Assembly (NCBI GenBank): GCA_963782115.1
Contig: CAWAIK010000001.1
Location: 288,001 to 352,000 of the forward strand
Direction: 5' to 3'
Length of the DNA stretch: 64,000 nucleotides
Source: an uncultured Verrucomicrobiae bacterium
Lineage (GTDB): Bacteria; Verrucomicrobiota; Verrucomicrobiia; Chthoniobacterales; JAFAMB01
Positions 10,087 to 20,188 of the stretch are shown here, one piece after another. Numbering within the stretch: the stretch's first letter is position 1; each line of letters begins with the position of its first letter. The position numbers were made by a program, and so were the translations under genes. Below the pieces are notes generated by a model, which worked only from the letters and a program-made list of their open reading frames with translations, had not been told where the DNA came from and ran no database searches.

Positions 10087-10962
10087 ATGAATACCAAAGA
10101 TCCCAGGAAAATTTACGCGCACCCACCCTACTCGGACAAGGAGCAACCTCCTCCAGGGAGTGAAGAGGCAATGAGGCCCCAAGCCGACCACGGAGAGTCG
10201 AGCTACCAAGGTTGCGGTCGGCTCAAAGATCGTCACGCACTCGTTACCGGCGCCGACAGCGGCATCGGCCGCGCAGTTGCTCTGGCTTTCGCGCGAGAGG
10301 GAGCGGATGTCGCGATCTCCTATCTATCCGAAGAGGCGGACGCCCGGGAAACCGAACGTCTCGTTACCGAAGCGGGTCGTAAAGCCATCCTTCTCCCAGG
10401 CAACATTGGTCAACCTCCCGCATCCGGGGCTGTTGTCGAGAAAGCCATCGATGCATTGGGCACAATCGACATCCTGGTGAACAATGCCGCCTTCCAGCGG
10501 ACCCACGAAAAATTCGAGGACATTTCCAATAATGAATTTGAGGAAACGTATCGTGTAAACGTCTTCGCCATGTTCCGCCTTTGCAAGGCGATTCTCCCGC
10601 AGATGAAAGAGGGCGGATCCATTATCAACACAGGGTCGATCCAGTCCTTTGACCCGAGTCCGAGTCTCATCGCCTACGCCTCGACGAAGGCAGCCATCGT
10701 CAGCTTTACTCGATCACTTGCCAGCTTCGCGATCAAGCAAGGCGTCCGGGTCAACGCTGTAGCCCCGGGTCCCGTCTGGACTCCACTCATCCCGTCTACG
10801 ATGCCCAAGGAGAAGGTGAAACAATTCGGCTCACAGACTGTTTTCGGGCGTGCCGCCCAGCCCGCCGAGATAGCCCCCATCTTCGTCTTCCTCGCCAGCG
10901 ATCAAGCTAGCTACGTAACCGGGGAAGTTTATGGTGCCACCGGAGGCCAGATGCCGATGTGA
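10087..10962 (+). CDS. SDR oxidoreductase, YghA/general-stress type
   Basis: DHGESSYQGCGRL, TGADSGIG, NNAA, YASTK, VNAVAPGPVWTPL. Confidence 0.93.
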   Translation: MNTKDPRKIYAHPPYSDKEQPPPGSEEAMRPQADHGESSYQGCGRLKDRHALVTGADSGIGRAVALAFAREGADVAISYLSEEADARETERLVTEAGRKAILLPGNIGQPPASGAVVEKAIDALGTIDILVNNAAFQRTHEKFEDISNNEFEETYRVNVFAMFRLCKAILPQMKEGGSIINTGSIQSFDPSPSLIAYASTKAAIVSFTRSLASFAIKQGVRVNAVAPGPVWTPLIPSTMPKEKVKQFGSQTVFGRAAQPAEIAPIFVFLASDQASYVTGEVYGATGGQMPM

Positions 10963-11044
10963 GGCCAGGAGTCAGGAGTTGAAAGAAAAGATCCATTCAG
11001 ATGAGTACTGACCCCATTGGTTAGTATCTGTTTAGCGCGGTGTA

Positions 11045-11345
11045 GGACCTCTCCCAATCGTCCTCTCGATCATGGATGTTGCTGGCTAAAGTCTTCCCGG
11101 GGAGACACCGGACGGAGGAAGCAAACCCGTGCCTCGCTCGTGCCGAAGAAATCGAGGACGAAGAACGACGACGAAGGACGAGAACGATTGGGAGAGAGGG
11201 GAGGGAATTTAGGTGGGGGACTATGTATCGAAGCTTGCTTCCTAATCGTCGTCGTGGTCGTCCTTCGTCGATCTTTGAACGTTGTCGGCAATCGGCGCGT
11301 TTCCCCGTCCATAGAAGTCGAGAACGACGATGATTACGATTTCCG
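11045..11345. repeat. Cluster of low-complexity GACGA/TCGTC palindromic intergenic repeats
   Basis: GACGAAGAACGACGACGAAGGACGAGAACGATTGGGAGAG versus CTCTCCCAATCGTC and AATCGTCGTCGTGGTCGTCCTTCGTC in inverted arrangement. Confidence 0.6.
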
Positions 11346-11752
11346 AACAAGAGGACGAGTGGGGATTAAGGGGCGTTTCATTCGTTGCTGATCGAGATTT
11401 AGACAATGCAGGCCCACGTGCCTCCGATGGCTCTTAAAGACAGTGACTCTTTGTGATCTTTGCGATCTTCTGTTCAAAAATGACTTTTGCTTTTTTTCTG
11501 TCTTAGTGCCGGGGGAACGAAGAAAAATCATTTGCACAGAAGATCACAAAGGTCACAAAGACAATCCTTTCGATAGAAACGGCCTACGCCTGGAGCCACA
11601 TTTAAGCCCCCGGTCAGTGCCAAAGGCCCAGTAAATCCCGAAACAGGAAACTATGCGGATGAGCATGGAAGAGTTCGGCGATCTGTTTTCCGTAGCGCGC
11701 GATGTAAGGCAAAAGGCTTTTGAGTTGCTGAGACATCGCGCTAAACACATAC
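11268..11752 (-). repeat. ~485-bp repeat, copy 1 (IS110-like transposase remnant plus internal hairpin repeat)
   Basis: Near-identical reverse complement of 49876-50363. Internal inverted repeat at 11448-11483 / 11528-11561. Confidence 0.92.
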
Positions 11753-11816
11753 TTCCAATAACGTTTGAACTAGCAATACCTTCCGCGGCATCGCCGGCAT
11801 GCTGGTTCTGAATGGT

Positions 11817-11987
11817 TAATGGTGATGGCGTTGCGTTCAAAATGGGCCATCGGCAAGGCGCTTCCCGCACCAGTTTTGCGGTTGTGCCGCTCCGATTTTC
11901 CGCGGCGGTTATCAAAAACTGGTGCGGGACGTAACCGACGAGCAACGCGGCCGCCGGCCCACTTTGAACGCAACGCCATCACCATTA
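11817..11987. mobile_element. 171-bp MITE-like element with 32-bp inverted repeats
   Basis: TAATGGTGATGGCGTTGCGTTCAAAATGGGCC (11817-11848) versus 11956-11987, 31/32 complementary. The outermost TA could be a TA target duplication. Confidence 0.7.
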
Positions 11988-12134
11988 TATGCGAGACGGT
12001 GCACTAATGCCCGTAGCCAGGACGTTGTAGCGCAGGCGCTTGACTACGCTGAGATTTATAAGAGGCTGGCGTCAAATTCAGATTGCGCCATCGGCGACAA
12101 GGTCAGGTTACTTTTTCGAACGGATGCAGACATC

Positions 12135-14291
12135 ATGGCAGATATCATTGAAATCGAGAACCAATATTATATTCGTGCCCAATCTTCTCTGGCAGATAAT
12201 CGGACGCGGGTGTTGATGCGCGGAGATGCATTCGCGGTCTTCGATCGTCATGGCGATTTACATCCGGTTGGTCTCAATGAGCAAGGGCTTTTTTACAAGG
12301 AAGCCAGGCATCTCTCCAAATCAGTTCTTCGCCTGGTCGAGACGGAGTTACTACTCCTCAGTTCGACCGTGAGGGATGACAACGCGTTACTGGCCGTCGA
12401 TCTAACAAATGCGGATGTAGATCTACCAAGTGGTGAGAGGCTGTTTCGCGGTGCTTTGCACATTTACCGAACAAAGTTTCTGTGGAAGAACGCCTGCCAG
12501 GAACTGGTCGAGATTCATAACTACGGTTTAGGTTCTGCAGCTTTTGAGATACTCCTCGAGTTTGCGGCGGATTTCGCCGATATATTTGAAGTGCGCGGTT
12601 ATAAGCGGGGCAAGCGCGGGCGCTTACTCGAGCCGCAGTTGGGTAAATCCAGCGTTACGCTCGCCTACGAGGGCTTAGACGGTCTTTTGCGAACGACAAA
12701 ACTGGATTGTAGTGGACCCGTTGCACGAGTGGCTGCCCACGAAATGCGGATCCCGTTAACGCTCGCATCCAGAGAAAGAACCTCCTTTACTTTAACAGCC
12801 TCGTGTACGTCCGAAGACGACACCAAGTCCCTGCCGTACAGCGTCGCTGCCGAAGATCTGAGCAGAATAGCAACGAGCTTCGGGAATTGCGACATCAACA
12901 CCTCAAACGAACAATGCAATGATTGGTTAAATCGATCAAAGGCGGATCTCCGCATGCTTACGGCGTCGACGCCTGAAGGTCCCTATCCGTACGCCGGCGT
13001 GCCCTGGTTCAGCACTGTGTTTGGTCGGGATGGCATCATCACGGCGCTTGAATGCCTATGGTTTCACCCAGAATTGGCGAAAGGAGTCCTCAACTATTTA
13101 GCTGCCACCCAAGCGATTGAGGTTGAATCGGAGAGAGATTCGGAGCCGGGCAAGATTCTCCACGAGGCGCGCGAAGGAGAAATGGCGCGAATTGGTGAAG
13201 TCCCGTTCCGGCGATATTATGGCAGTGTTGATGCCACTCCCTTGTTTTTAGTTCTGGCCGCCGCATACTTCGAACGGACAGGCGACGCCGAGTTTATGCG
13301 TTCCATCTGGCGCAATATTGGAATGGCGCTCGACTGGATCAACAATTTCGGAGACCGAGATGGCGATGGATTCGTGGAGTATGCGCGACTCTCCCCAAGT
13401 GGTTTGGTTCAGCAGGGTTGGAAGGACTCTCATGATTCGGTATTTCACGCTGACGGCCAACTCGCCGCGGGTCCTATCGCTCTCTGCGAAGTCCAGGCTT
13501 ACGTGTATGCCGCAAAACGAGGGATCGGCGCAGTAGCAGCCGCCATCGGTTACGATGAACAGGGCCAAGTGCTGGAACAGGAGGCTGAAGCGTTGCGGAC
13601 TCGATTTCAGAAGGCGTTCTGGTCTGAGGAAGTCTCTTTGTACGCTCTGGCCCTCGATAAAGAAAAGCGCCAATGCCAGGTCCGCAGCTCTAATGCGGGT
13701 CAATGTCTCTTTTCTGGAATTGCCAGCGCCGAACACGCCGAGCGAATCGCGGAGAGCTTATTGTCCGATGTATTCTTCTCGGGGTGGGGGATCCGCACGA
13801 TCGCTAGTTCAGAGGCCCGTTACAATCCGATGTCCTACCACAACGGGTCCGTCTGGCCACACGACACCGCGTTGATCGCGTACGGCTTGTCGCAAACCGC
13901 AGGAAAGGCCTTGCCGTGCAAGATTCTGACGGGACTTTTTGATGCTTCGATCTTTCTGGAATTGCATAGACTTCCAGAGCTTTTTTGCGGCTTCACGCGA
14001 AGCCCGGGAAAGGGTCCGACATTGTACCCCGTAGCATGCGCCCCGCAGGCTTGGGCCGCGGGGACGGTTTTCCTGCTGCTCCAAAGCTGCCTCGGGCTGA
14101 GTGTCCACGGCGACGAATCGAAGATCTGCTTAGCTCATCCCTGTTTACCGGAATCGATCCAGAATGTCAGAATTCATAATCTTTGCGTTGGTCCGAACTC
14201 CATTGATCTCGAGCTAGTCCGAAAGACGCACGGCGTCAGTGTAAACATCCTGCGCCGCACAGGAAACCTACACGTTTGCATGACCAGTTGA
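12135..14291 (+). CDS. Amylo-alpha-1,6-glucosidase / glycogen-debranching-like (alpha/alpha)6 hydrolase
   Basis: AGVPWFSTVFGRDG, EPGKILHE, YYGSVDATPLF, QGWKDS, YHNGSVWPHD, LPELFCG, PQAWA. ATG 12135 is preferred because the upstream ORF extension runs through the MITE. Confidence 0.92.
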   Translation: MADIIEIENQYYIRAQSSLADNRTRVLMRGDAFAVFDRHGDLHPVGLNEQGLFYKEARHLSKSVLRLVETELLLLSSTVRDDNALLAVDLTNADVDLPSGERLFRGALHIYRTKFLWKNACQELVEIHNYGLGSAAFEILLEFAADFADIFEVRGYKRGKRGRLLEPQLGKSSVTLAYEGLDGLLRTTKLDCSGPVARVAAHEMRIPLTLASRERTSFTLTASCTSEDDTKSLPYSVAAEDLSRIATSFGNCDINTSNEQCNDWLNRSKADLRMLTASTPEGPYPYAGVPWFSTVFGRDGIITALECLWFHPELAKGVLNYLAATQAIEVESERDSEPGKILHEAREGEMARIGEVPFRRYYGSVDATPLFLVLAAAYFERTGDAEFMRSIWRNIGMALDWINNFGDRDGDGFVEYARLSPSGLVQQGWKDSHDSVFHADGQLAAGPIALCEVQAYVYAAKRGIGAVAAAIGYDEQGQVLEQEAEALRTRFQKAFWSEEVSLYALALDKEKRQCQVRSSNAGQCLFSGIASAEHAERIAESLLSDVFFSGWGIRTIASSEARYNPMSYHNGSVWPHDTALIAYGLSQTAGKALPCKILTGLFDASIFLELHRLPELFCGFTRSPGKGPTLYPVACAPQAWAAGTVFLLLQSCLGLSVHGDESKICLAHPCLPESIQNVRIHNLCVGPNSIDLELVRKTHGVSVNILRRTGNLHVCMTS

Positions 14292-14355
14292 AAGATGCGG
14301 AATTAACTCTCCATCCGCCGAACACCCCGCGTGCGAAAGATACAAGACAAGGACG

Positions 14356-15426
14356 ATGAAGATTGCCCAGATTGCCCCTCTTTATGAGAGCGTGCCCCCA
14401 AAACTTTATGGCGGCACGGAAAGAATCGTTTCCTACCTGACCGAGGAACTCGTTGCGACAAACCATGATGTTACGCTTTTCGCCAGCGCGGATTCTGTCA
14501 CCAATGCGCGACTGGTTCCTGGTTCGGAGTCCGCATTGCGGTTGAGCACCACGCCGGTTGTTGACAAGGTGGCGCACCACATTCGGTTGCTCGAACTCGT
14601 CTTTCAGGAAGCCCATCAGTTCGATGTTTTGCACTTCCACATCGACTACCTTCATTTTCCATTTACAAGGCGTCAGCCTGTGCCCGCTGTCACGACCCTC
14701 CATGGCAACCTTTCCATTCCTGATTTGGTGCCACTGTACAAGGAATTCCGGGAGATGAACGTCGTATCGATTTCAGATGCACAGCGACAACCCTTACCGT
14801 GGATCGGGTGGTGCGGCACAGTTCATCATGGTATTCCCGAAGATCTCTATCAGCTGCAGGAGAAGCGTGGTGAATACCTGGCCTTTCTGGGACGGATCTG
14901 TCCGGAAAAGCGCGTAGATCGTGCGATCGAAATTGCCAAAAGGTCTGGGCGCCAACTAAAGATTGCCGCGAAAGTGGATCCGGCTGATCGAGACTATTTC
15001 TCCGGGTATATAAAGCCTTTGTTACGCCATCCATTGGTCGAGTTCATTGGAGAAATCGGCGAAGACCGGAAAGGCGATTTTCTAGGAAACGCCCTGGCCC
15101 TGTTGTTCCCGATCGACTGGTCTGAACCATTTGGCTTAGTCTTAATTGAGGCGATGGCCTGCGGCACACCAGTCATCGCGTACAACCAAGGATCTGTTCC
15201 GGAAATCATTGAGGATGGGAAAACTGGTTTCATCGTCGACAATCAGAATGATGCAGTCGCGGCGGTCGATCGACTTGGCGTGATCGATAGAAAACGTTGC
15301 CGGCAGGAATTCGAGAAGAGATTTAGCGCGCAACGGATGGCTTCGGATTATCTTATGATCTACGAAGGCATCCGGTCCGGAGGTGAGGCCAGCGAAAAAG
15401 TGACGGCATTGCCGCAAGCGGCCTGA
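14356..15426 (+). CDS. Glycosyltransferase family 4
   Basis: MKIAQIAPLYESVPPKLYGGTER, FLGRICPEK, EPFGLVLIEAMACGTPV. Confidence 0.93.
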   Translation: MKIAQIAPLYESVPPKLYGGTERIVSYLTEELVATNHDVTLFASADSVTNARLVPGSESALRLSTTPVVDKVAHHIRLLELVFQEAHQFDVLHFHIDYLHFPFTRRQPVPAVTTLHGNLSIPDLVPLYKEFREMNVVSISDAQRQPLPWIGWCGTVHHGIPEDLYQLQEKRGEYLAFLGRICPEKRVDRAIEIAKRSGRQLKIAAKVDPADRDYFSGYIKPLLRHPLVEFIGEIGEDRKGDFLGNALALLFPIDWSEPFGLVLIEAMACGTPVIAYNQGSVPEIIEDGKTGFIVDNQNDAVAAVDRLGVIDRKRCRQEFEKRFSAQRMASDYLMIYEGIRSGGEASEKVTALPQAA

Positions 15427-15471
15427 GGCCCCGGAGTCATCGATTTGGTAAACCAATTGCCCCGCTCATAA

Positions 15472-16617
15472 ATGCATACGGTGCCTGCTCCGAAGTCTCT
15501 CCACGAATTGCTTAGGCGGGGCGCCGAAATTGCCCATTTTTGTGCCGAGAACGCTGCCGAGGTTGATCGAGATGGATCTTTTCCGGAAAAGGAATTTGCT
15601 AAAATTGCTTTCGAGGGACTTATCGCCGCTCCTCTGCACAGAAGCCTAGGAGGTCTCGGACTGGGATTCGAATCGCAGAGCACCAGGCATTTGCTACGGC
15701 TTTTGCGGCTCTTAGGTAAAGGCAACTTAAGCGTTGGCCGAATCTATGAGGGGCATGTCAACGGTTTGCAATTGATCCAGACGTTTGCCCACCCAGAACA
15801 GCTGGAATGGTTTGCCGGTGATGCCAGGGACCAGAGGCTTTTCGGAGTCTGGAACGCCGAAGCCGCCGATGGTCTTAAAATTCATCCCCTCGGGCACAAA
15901 AGATACGAGCTTACGGGGTCAAAGACGTTCTGTTCGGGAGCCGGTAGAGTTCCAAGACCGCTGGTGGGCGCAATCTTGCCTAATGGTAAGCTGCAACTTT
16001 GTGTCATTCCAATGGAGCAGGTGAAAACCCGAATCGATCGAAGCTGGTGGACCGCCACTGGAATGAGGGGAAGCGTTAGCGCGAAGGTAAACTTCTCTGG
16101 AGTCCTCTTGGAGGAAAATTGGTTGATCGGAAATCCAAATGACTATCAACGTGAGCCTTGGCTAACTTTGGGTGTTATCCGCTTCGCTGCGGTGCAGTTG
16201 GGTGGGGCGGAAGCGTTGGTCGAGAAGACGCGAAGCTACTTGCAAAAACTGCGGCGTACGACCGATCCTTACCAAGTCGGTCGCATGGGACAAATGAGTC
16301 TGGCGATCGAAACCGGAAGACTATGGCTCGAAAGTGCCTCGGGAAAGGTGCGCTCCTTTGCTCCCACCTTCGGAGGCGATCTGCTTATGACTCCGAAGAG
16401 CACCGTTGCCCTGACCGTTTATGCCAACATGGTTCGGACTGTCGTTGAGCAGGTTTCAATGGATGTAATCAGAGACGCTGAACGTTGCATCGGCAGTCGC
16501 GGCTTATTACCCCCGGAACCAGCAGAACGGATCATTCGTGATTTACGGCTCTATCTTAGACAACCTTGTTTTGATGCCGCGCTCGCTGACGCTGGAACGT
16601 TCAGTCTCTCGGGCTAA
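15472..16617 (+). CDS. Acyl-CoA dehydrogenase-like flavoprotein
   Basis: NLSVGRIYEGHVN, LTGSKTFCSGA, GMRGSVS, ERIIRDLRLYLRQP. Confidence 0.85.
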   Translation: MHTVPAPKSLHELLRRGAEIAHFCAENAAEVDRDGSFPEKEFAKIAFEGLIAAPLHRSLGGLGLGFESQSTRHLLRLLRLLGKGNLSVGRIYEGHVNGLQLIQTFAHPEQLEWFAGDARDQRLFGVWNAEAADGLKIHPLGHKRYELTGSKTFCSGAGRVPRPLVGAILPNGKLQLCVIPMEQVKTRIDRSWWTATGMRGSVSAKVNFSGVLLEENWLIGNPNDYQREPWLTLGVIRFAAVQLGGAEALVEKTRSYLQKLRRTTDPYQVGRMGQMSLAIETGRLWLESASGKVRSFAPTFGGDLLMTPKSTVALTVYANMVRTVVEQVSMDVIRDAERCIGSRGLLPPEPAERIIRDLRLYLRQPCFDAALADAGTFSLSG

Positions 16618-16642
16618 GCAGCTGGAGATTTGTTTTTCCATC

Positions 16643-17236
16643 ATGAATCCGAAGGCACCGAACACCCTGGGCCCTAACTATTTCCATGAGATTTACCAGG
16701 CGAACGCGGATCCCTGGCAATTTGCAACCAGTCCATACGAAAAAGAGAAATACCTTGCTTCCATTGCGGCATTGCCCCGGCAACGCTATCGTCAAGGCTT
16801 CGAGGTCGGTGGTTCGATTGGTGTGCTCACTCGGATGTTAGCGGACCGTTGCGATCGATTGCTGTCGATCGATGTCTCCCCTCTCGCTCAGCGACGTGCG
16901 CGTACACGTTGCTCGGATCAATCTCACGTTGAGTTCGTGATTATGCACTTCCCCCGCGAGAGACCTGCTCAAACTTTTGATCTGATTGTGCTCTCCGAGG
17001 TTGGCTACTATCTCTGCGAAGGAGATCTTTTAATTGCCAGAGACTGGATCGTTAGCGCTCTCCAGCCGGGAGGGCATCTTTTACTAGTGCATTGGACTCC
17101 TTTTGTGGAGGACTATCCACTTACCGGTGATGAAGTTCACGATCATTTTCTCGCGTTAACGCCTGCGCTGTTCAATCGAGCCTACCATGCGAAAAAGAAG
17201 AAGTATCGCATTGACGTCCTCGCTCGGCTTCCTTAG
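16643..17236 (+). CDS. NodS-like SAM-dependent methyltransferase
   Basis: YFHEIYQANADPWQF..YEKEKY, EVGGSIGVLT, FDLIVLSEVGYY, LVHW. Confidence 0.88.
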   Translation: MNPKAPNTLGPNYFHEIYQANADPWQFATSPYEKEKYLASIAALPRQRYRQGFEVGGSIGVLTRMLADRCDRLLSIDVSPLAQRRARTRCSDQSHVEFVIMHFPRERPAQTFDLIVLSEVGYYLCEGDLLIARDWIVSALQPGGHLLLVHWTPFVEDYPLTGDEVHDHFLALTPALFNRAYHAKKKKYRIDVLARLP

Positions 17237-17277
17237 CCGCGATGATCTTTCTGCCATTTTACGGCCGGGAAGCGATG

Positions 17278-18510
17278 CTATTCCTGCGGGAAAGATTTGT
17301 TTTCGGGACCTGGTCGAAGGTCCGACAGGCGAATGCGTAGTGCCGCAATGGCTTGTTCCAAGAACATTTTCGGCCAGGATCGCTCCCATTCACCTTCGAT
17401 CGTCTGGCGAAGACCAATTCGTTCCACTAGGCGGCCCCATGGTTGAGGTCGGTGAATTTCCTGAGACAACCAGAAAGTGGAGATTCGGAGCAAGCGCGCA
17501 GCCGCTCTAACCTGATAATCCATCAGAGGGCGCCTCGGCTGAATCTCGTGCCGTAGCGCTCGCACCATTCGGCGAGCGCGCAGTCGGATCTCGCTAGCTG
17601 AGACGTTCTCTACCAGTAGGGCAGGTGAATTTTGGTTTAAGTTATAGAACTGTTTTAATCCAGCCGAAAATCCGTGCTTCACTCTGCCATCCAGACGAGC
17701 GGATGTAGTCGCGCGAACTCCTAAACTATGGCGAAACCGTGCCCCGCTCCGCAAAATCGCCTCGTAGAGCGCGCTGTCTTCTTCCTCTCGAACCTCCGAT
17801 AACCCGCCAATCCGGGCATACGTGGCGGCTGTAACGGCCAGGCTTGCGCCATTGTGATTGGGATGGCGCGGAAACGGATCAAACGGATCAGGATCGATCA
17901 GATGTTCTAGTTCGGCGAGCAAAAAGCCGTGCGCAACCTGCCGCAGGTAAGTGCGCTCGGCGAACGGATGCAGCAGCATTCTTTCGCTTGGATCAGCCAC
18001 AATTCTTCCGCCAACCGCGTCGGCGCCCGCCTCGACTTCACGCAGAATACCAGCTAGCCAAGTGGGTTCCACAAAGGTGTCGCCATCAGTGGAAGCGATA
18101 ATTCCATTATGCCTTTTCAGTAAAAAGAGCCTTCGGCACGCTTCGTCCATCAGTAATTTGCGAGCGCATCCGACGAAACTTTTCCCGGATGAAAGCTGAA
18201 TTTCGGCCACATGCAAAGCCAATTGCGGGTGCCGGCGGCCAAACTCGCGAGCCACGGCAGCAGTGGCATCACGACAGTTATTTGCCAGCACGATGACCTC
18301 ATATCTTGAGGGACTAAATGGAACCCGCTGCAAATCAGTCTGGTTGACTAGTGCTAAGAGACACTTTTCAATCCGGGCGCTTTCATCGCGCGCAGGCAGG
18401 ACTATGCACGCTTCACATGTTTCGAGTGGGGGCTGCACAACGAGAGTCCCGCCGGGTTCAGTGATTAGCGAATGAGTGGCCAGCATAAAAAGCGCTGAAA
18501 ATTTGGTCAC
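17278..18510 (-). CDS. Glycosyltransferase family 2
   Basis: IVLPARDE, LANNCRDAT, STDGD (DxD), GASLAV, EED, TSAR..GR. Start uncertain. Confidence 0.88.
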   Translation of the reverse strand: MTKFSALFMLATHSLITEPGGTLVVQPPLETCEACIVLPARDESARIEKCLLALVNQTDLQRVPFSPSRYEVIVLANNCRDATAAVAREFGRRHPQLALHVAEIQLSSGKSFVGCARKLLMDEACRRLFLLKRHNGIIASTDGDTFVEPTWLAGILREVEAGADAVGGRIVADPSERMLLHPFAERTYLRQVAHGFLLAELEHLIDPDPFDPFPRHPNHNGASLAVTAATYARIGGLSEVREEEDSALYEAILRSGARFRHSLGVRATTSARLDGRVKHGFSAGLKQFYNLNQNSPALLVENVSASEIRLRARRMVRALRHEIQPRRPLMDYQVRAAARLLRISTFWLSQEIHRPQPWGRLVERIGLRQTIEGEWERSWPKMFLEQAIAALRIRLSDLRPGPENKSFPQE

Positions 18511-18684
18511 CCTCTGTACGAATTTCCCGGTCCCCGTGGTTGCGTGCGCCAGTTCGATCGCCGCGTTTCAGCATTTTTGCAGCGTGCTTTTGGTTTGAGA
18601 GGAGAAGTCCGGAGATCCGACCGGCCGCGATCAACAGTTTACCGCTTTAAGCATTTTAAAATTGGCTAACGCTCTTTTAATTTC

Positions 18685-19482
18685 ATGCGCTCTGCGTCAG
18701 GCGATCAATTTAATTCTCAAAGCCGTGGAAACCCCATAGAACTTTCAGTTCAGCGAGAGTTCGAGCCAACCGCTGATTTGGAAAATTTCGGCGTCCCGAT
18801 TTTGATGTACCACCGGGTTGCGACGGATGGCCCCCCGGGATTGGGTCGGTTCAGAGTAGATCCGACCCTGTTTGATGAGCAGCTATCTGCCCTCAAGCAA
18901 GCCGGATTCCGGTCTATCGATCTCAATCATTGGGTTGAAGCTCTCTCCAGTTCCGAGGCGCTGCCGGGAAAGCCGCTCGTATTAACCTTTGACGACGGTT
19001 ATCGAGATTTTCTGACCGCCGCCTTGCCCGCTTTGCGAAGGTATTTTTTTGCGGCCACTGCTTTTCTGGTCGCCGACCGGATCGGAGGGGTGGCCGATTG
19101 GGATTTGCACTACGGTGAGGCTGCGCCACTGATGTCGTGGGAAGAATTACGGACAATTGGCAATGAAGGGGTTGAATTTGGTTGCCACTCTTTGATCCAC
19201 CGGCCAATGACCGAGATGAACCAGGCTGATCTGTTAACGCAGACCGGACAGGCTCGAGAGATTCTTGAGCTTGGATTGGGACGTCCGGTCCTTCACTTTG
19301 CGTACCCTTATGGTGCGGAGAACCTCTCCATACGAAACCTGGTTGCCGTTCTGGGTTTTCGAAGTGCAGTAACCTGTCGGCTCGGCATCAGCCGATCAGG
19401 AAATGATCGCCTGCGACTTCCGCGGATTGAGGTTCACGGACGTTGCAGTCCGGAAGAGTTGCTTGTTCAGCTCCGTAACTAA
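18685..19482 (+). CDS. Polysaccharide deacetylase (NodB/CE4)
   Basis: PILMYHRV, LTFDDGY, FGCHSLIH, FAYPYG, LPRI. Confidence 0.9.
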   Translation: MRSASGDQFNSQSRGNPIELSVQREFEPTADLENFGVPILMYHRVATDGPPGLGRFRVDPTLFDEQLSALKQAGFRSIDLNHWVEALSSSEALPGKPLVLTFDDGYRDFLTAALPALRRYFFAATAFLVADRIGGVADWDLHYGEAAPLMSWEELRTIGNEGVEFGCHSLIHRPMTEMNQADLLTQTGQAREILELGLGRPVLHFAYPYGAENLSIRNLVAVLGFRSAVTCRLGISRSGNDRLRLPRIEVHGRCSPEELLVQLRN

Positions 19483-19661
19483 AGCCGTCTGTTGGCGGCC
19501 GCCGTCAGTCTGCCTATAGGTTCTATCCGGCGCCTTGGGGCGCAAGTGCCTTTGAGAAACGGGTTCCGCGGCCACCGGCAAGGTCGCATGACCTGTGACT
19601 GCATCCAAGTTCAGACCGGTCGGCGAACGTTCCTGGGAGCGCCTAAACGGAAGAAAAAAGA

Positions 19662-20060
19662 ATGCCTGATACGAGACTTAAAAGCATCAAGGTTGTGGCT
19701 GTCGATGATAACGCGGACTCTCGAGAACTTTTGAAAATTATCCTGAGACAGAGCAGTGCTCAAGCAGTCGTCGTGGGTTCGGCCCGCGAAGCGCTGGCGA
19801 CAATCAAGAACGTTCACCCTGATATTTTAATCTCCGATTTGGGAATGCCCGAAATGGACGGCTACGAACTTTTGAAGAATGTCCGGCGACTCGATCCAGA
19901 GCTGAGGCAGCTGCCGGTGATCGCTTTTACGGCTGCAACTCGCTACGAAGATCTCGCATCGACGCGACGAGCCGGTTTCCAGGCACACCTCGCCAAACCG
20001 GTCGATCCTGACAAGCTCGTAAAGACCATCATGGAGCTGGTGGGAGTGGACTTGGAGTAA
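19662..20060 (+). CDS. Single-domain response regulator (receiver)
   Basis: VAVDD, ISDLGMPEMDG, FTA, LAKP. Confidence 0.9.
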   Translation: MPDTRLKSIKVVAVDDNADSRELLKIILRQSSAQAVVVGSAREALATIKNVHPDILISDLGMPEMDGYELLKNVRRLDPELRQLPVIAFTAATRYEDLASTRRAGFQAHLAKPVDPDKLVKTIMELVGVDLE

Positions 20061-20188
20061 CAGGCCTTTGCTCGAAGGCGCGCGTGCGGGCTAATTGACC
20101 AAACCGATCAACGAAGAATTGGATTCAATTTCTCCGCAAAATCCATTCATGAAGAACCGGAACCGAACCCGCTTACGAAGGATTAACC

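Noticed and set aside
11017..11945. Several short ORFs, and a possible CRISPR-like repeat array
   Set aside because: The repeats are inverted, low-complexity and irregularly spaced, with no constant repeat-spacer period and no cas genes. The ORFs are repeat translations.
11922..12134. N-terminal extension of the glucosidase ORF
   Set aside because: It starts inside the MITE; family-like sequence begins at ATG 12135.
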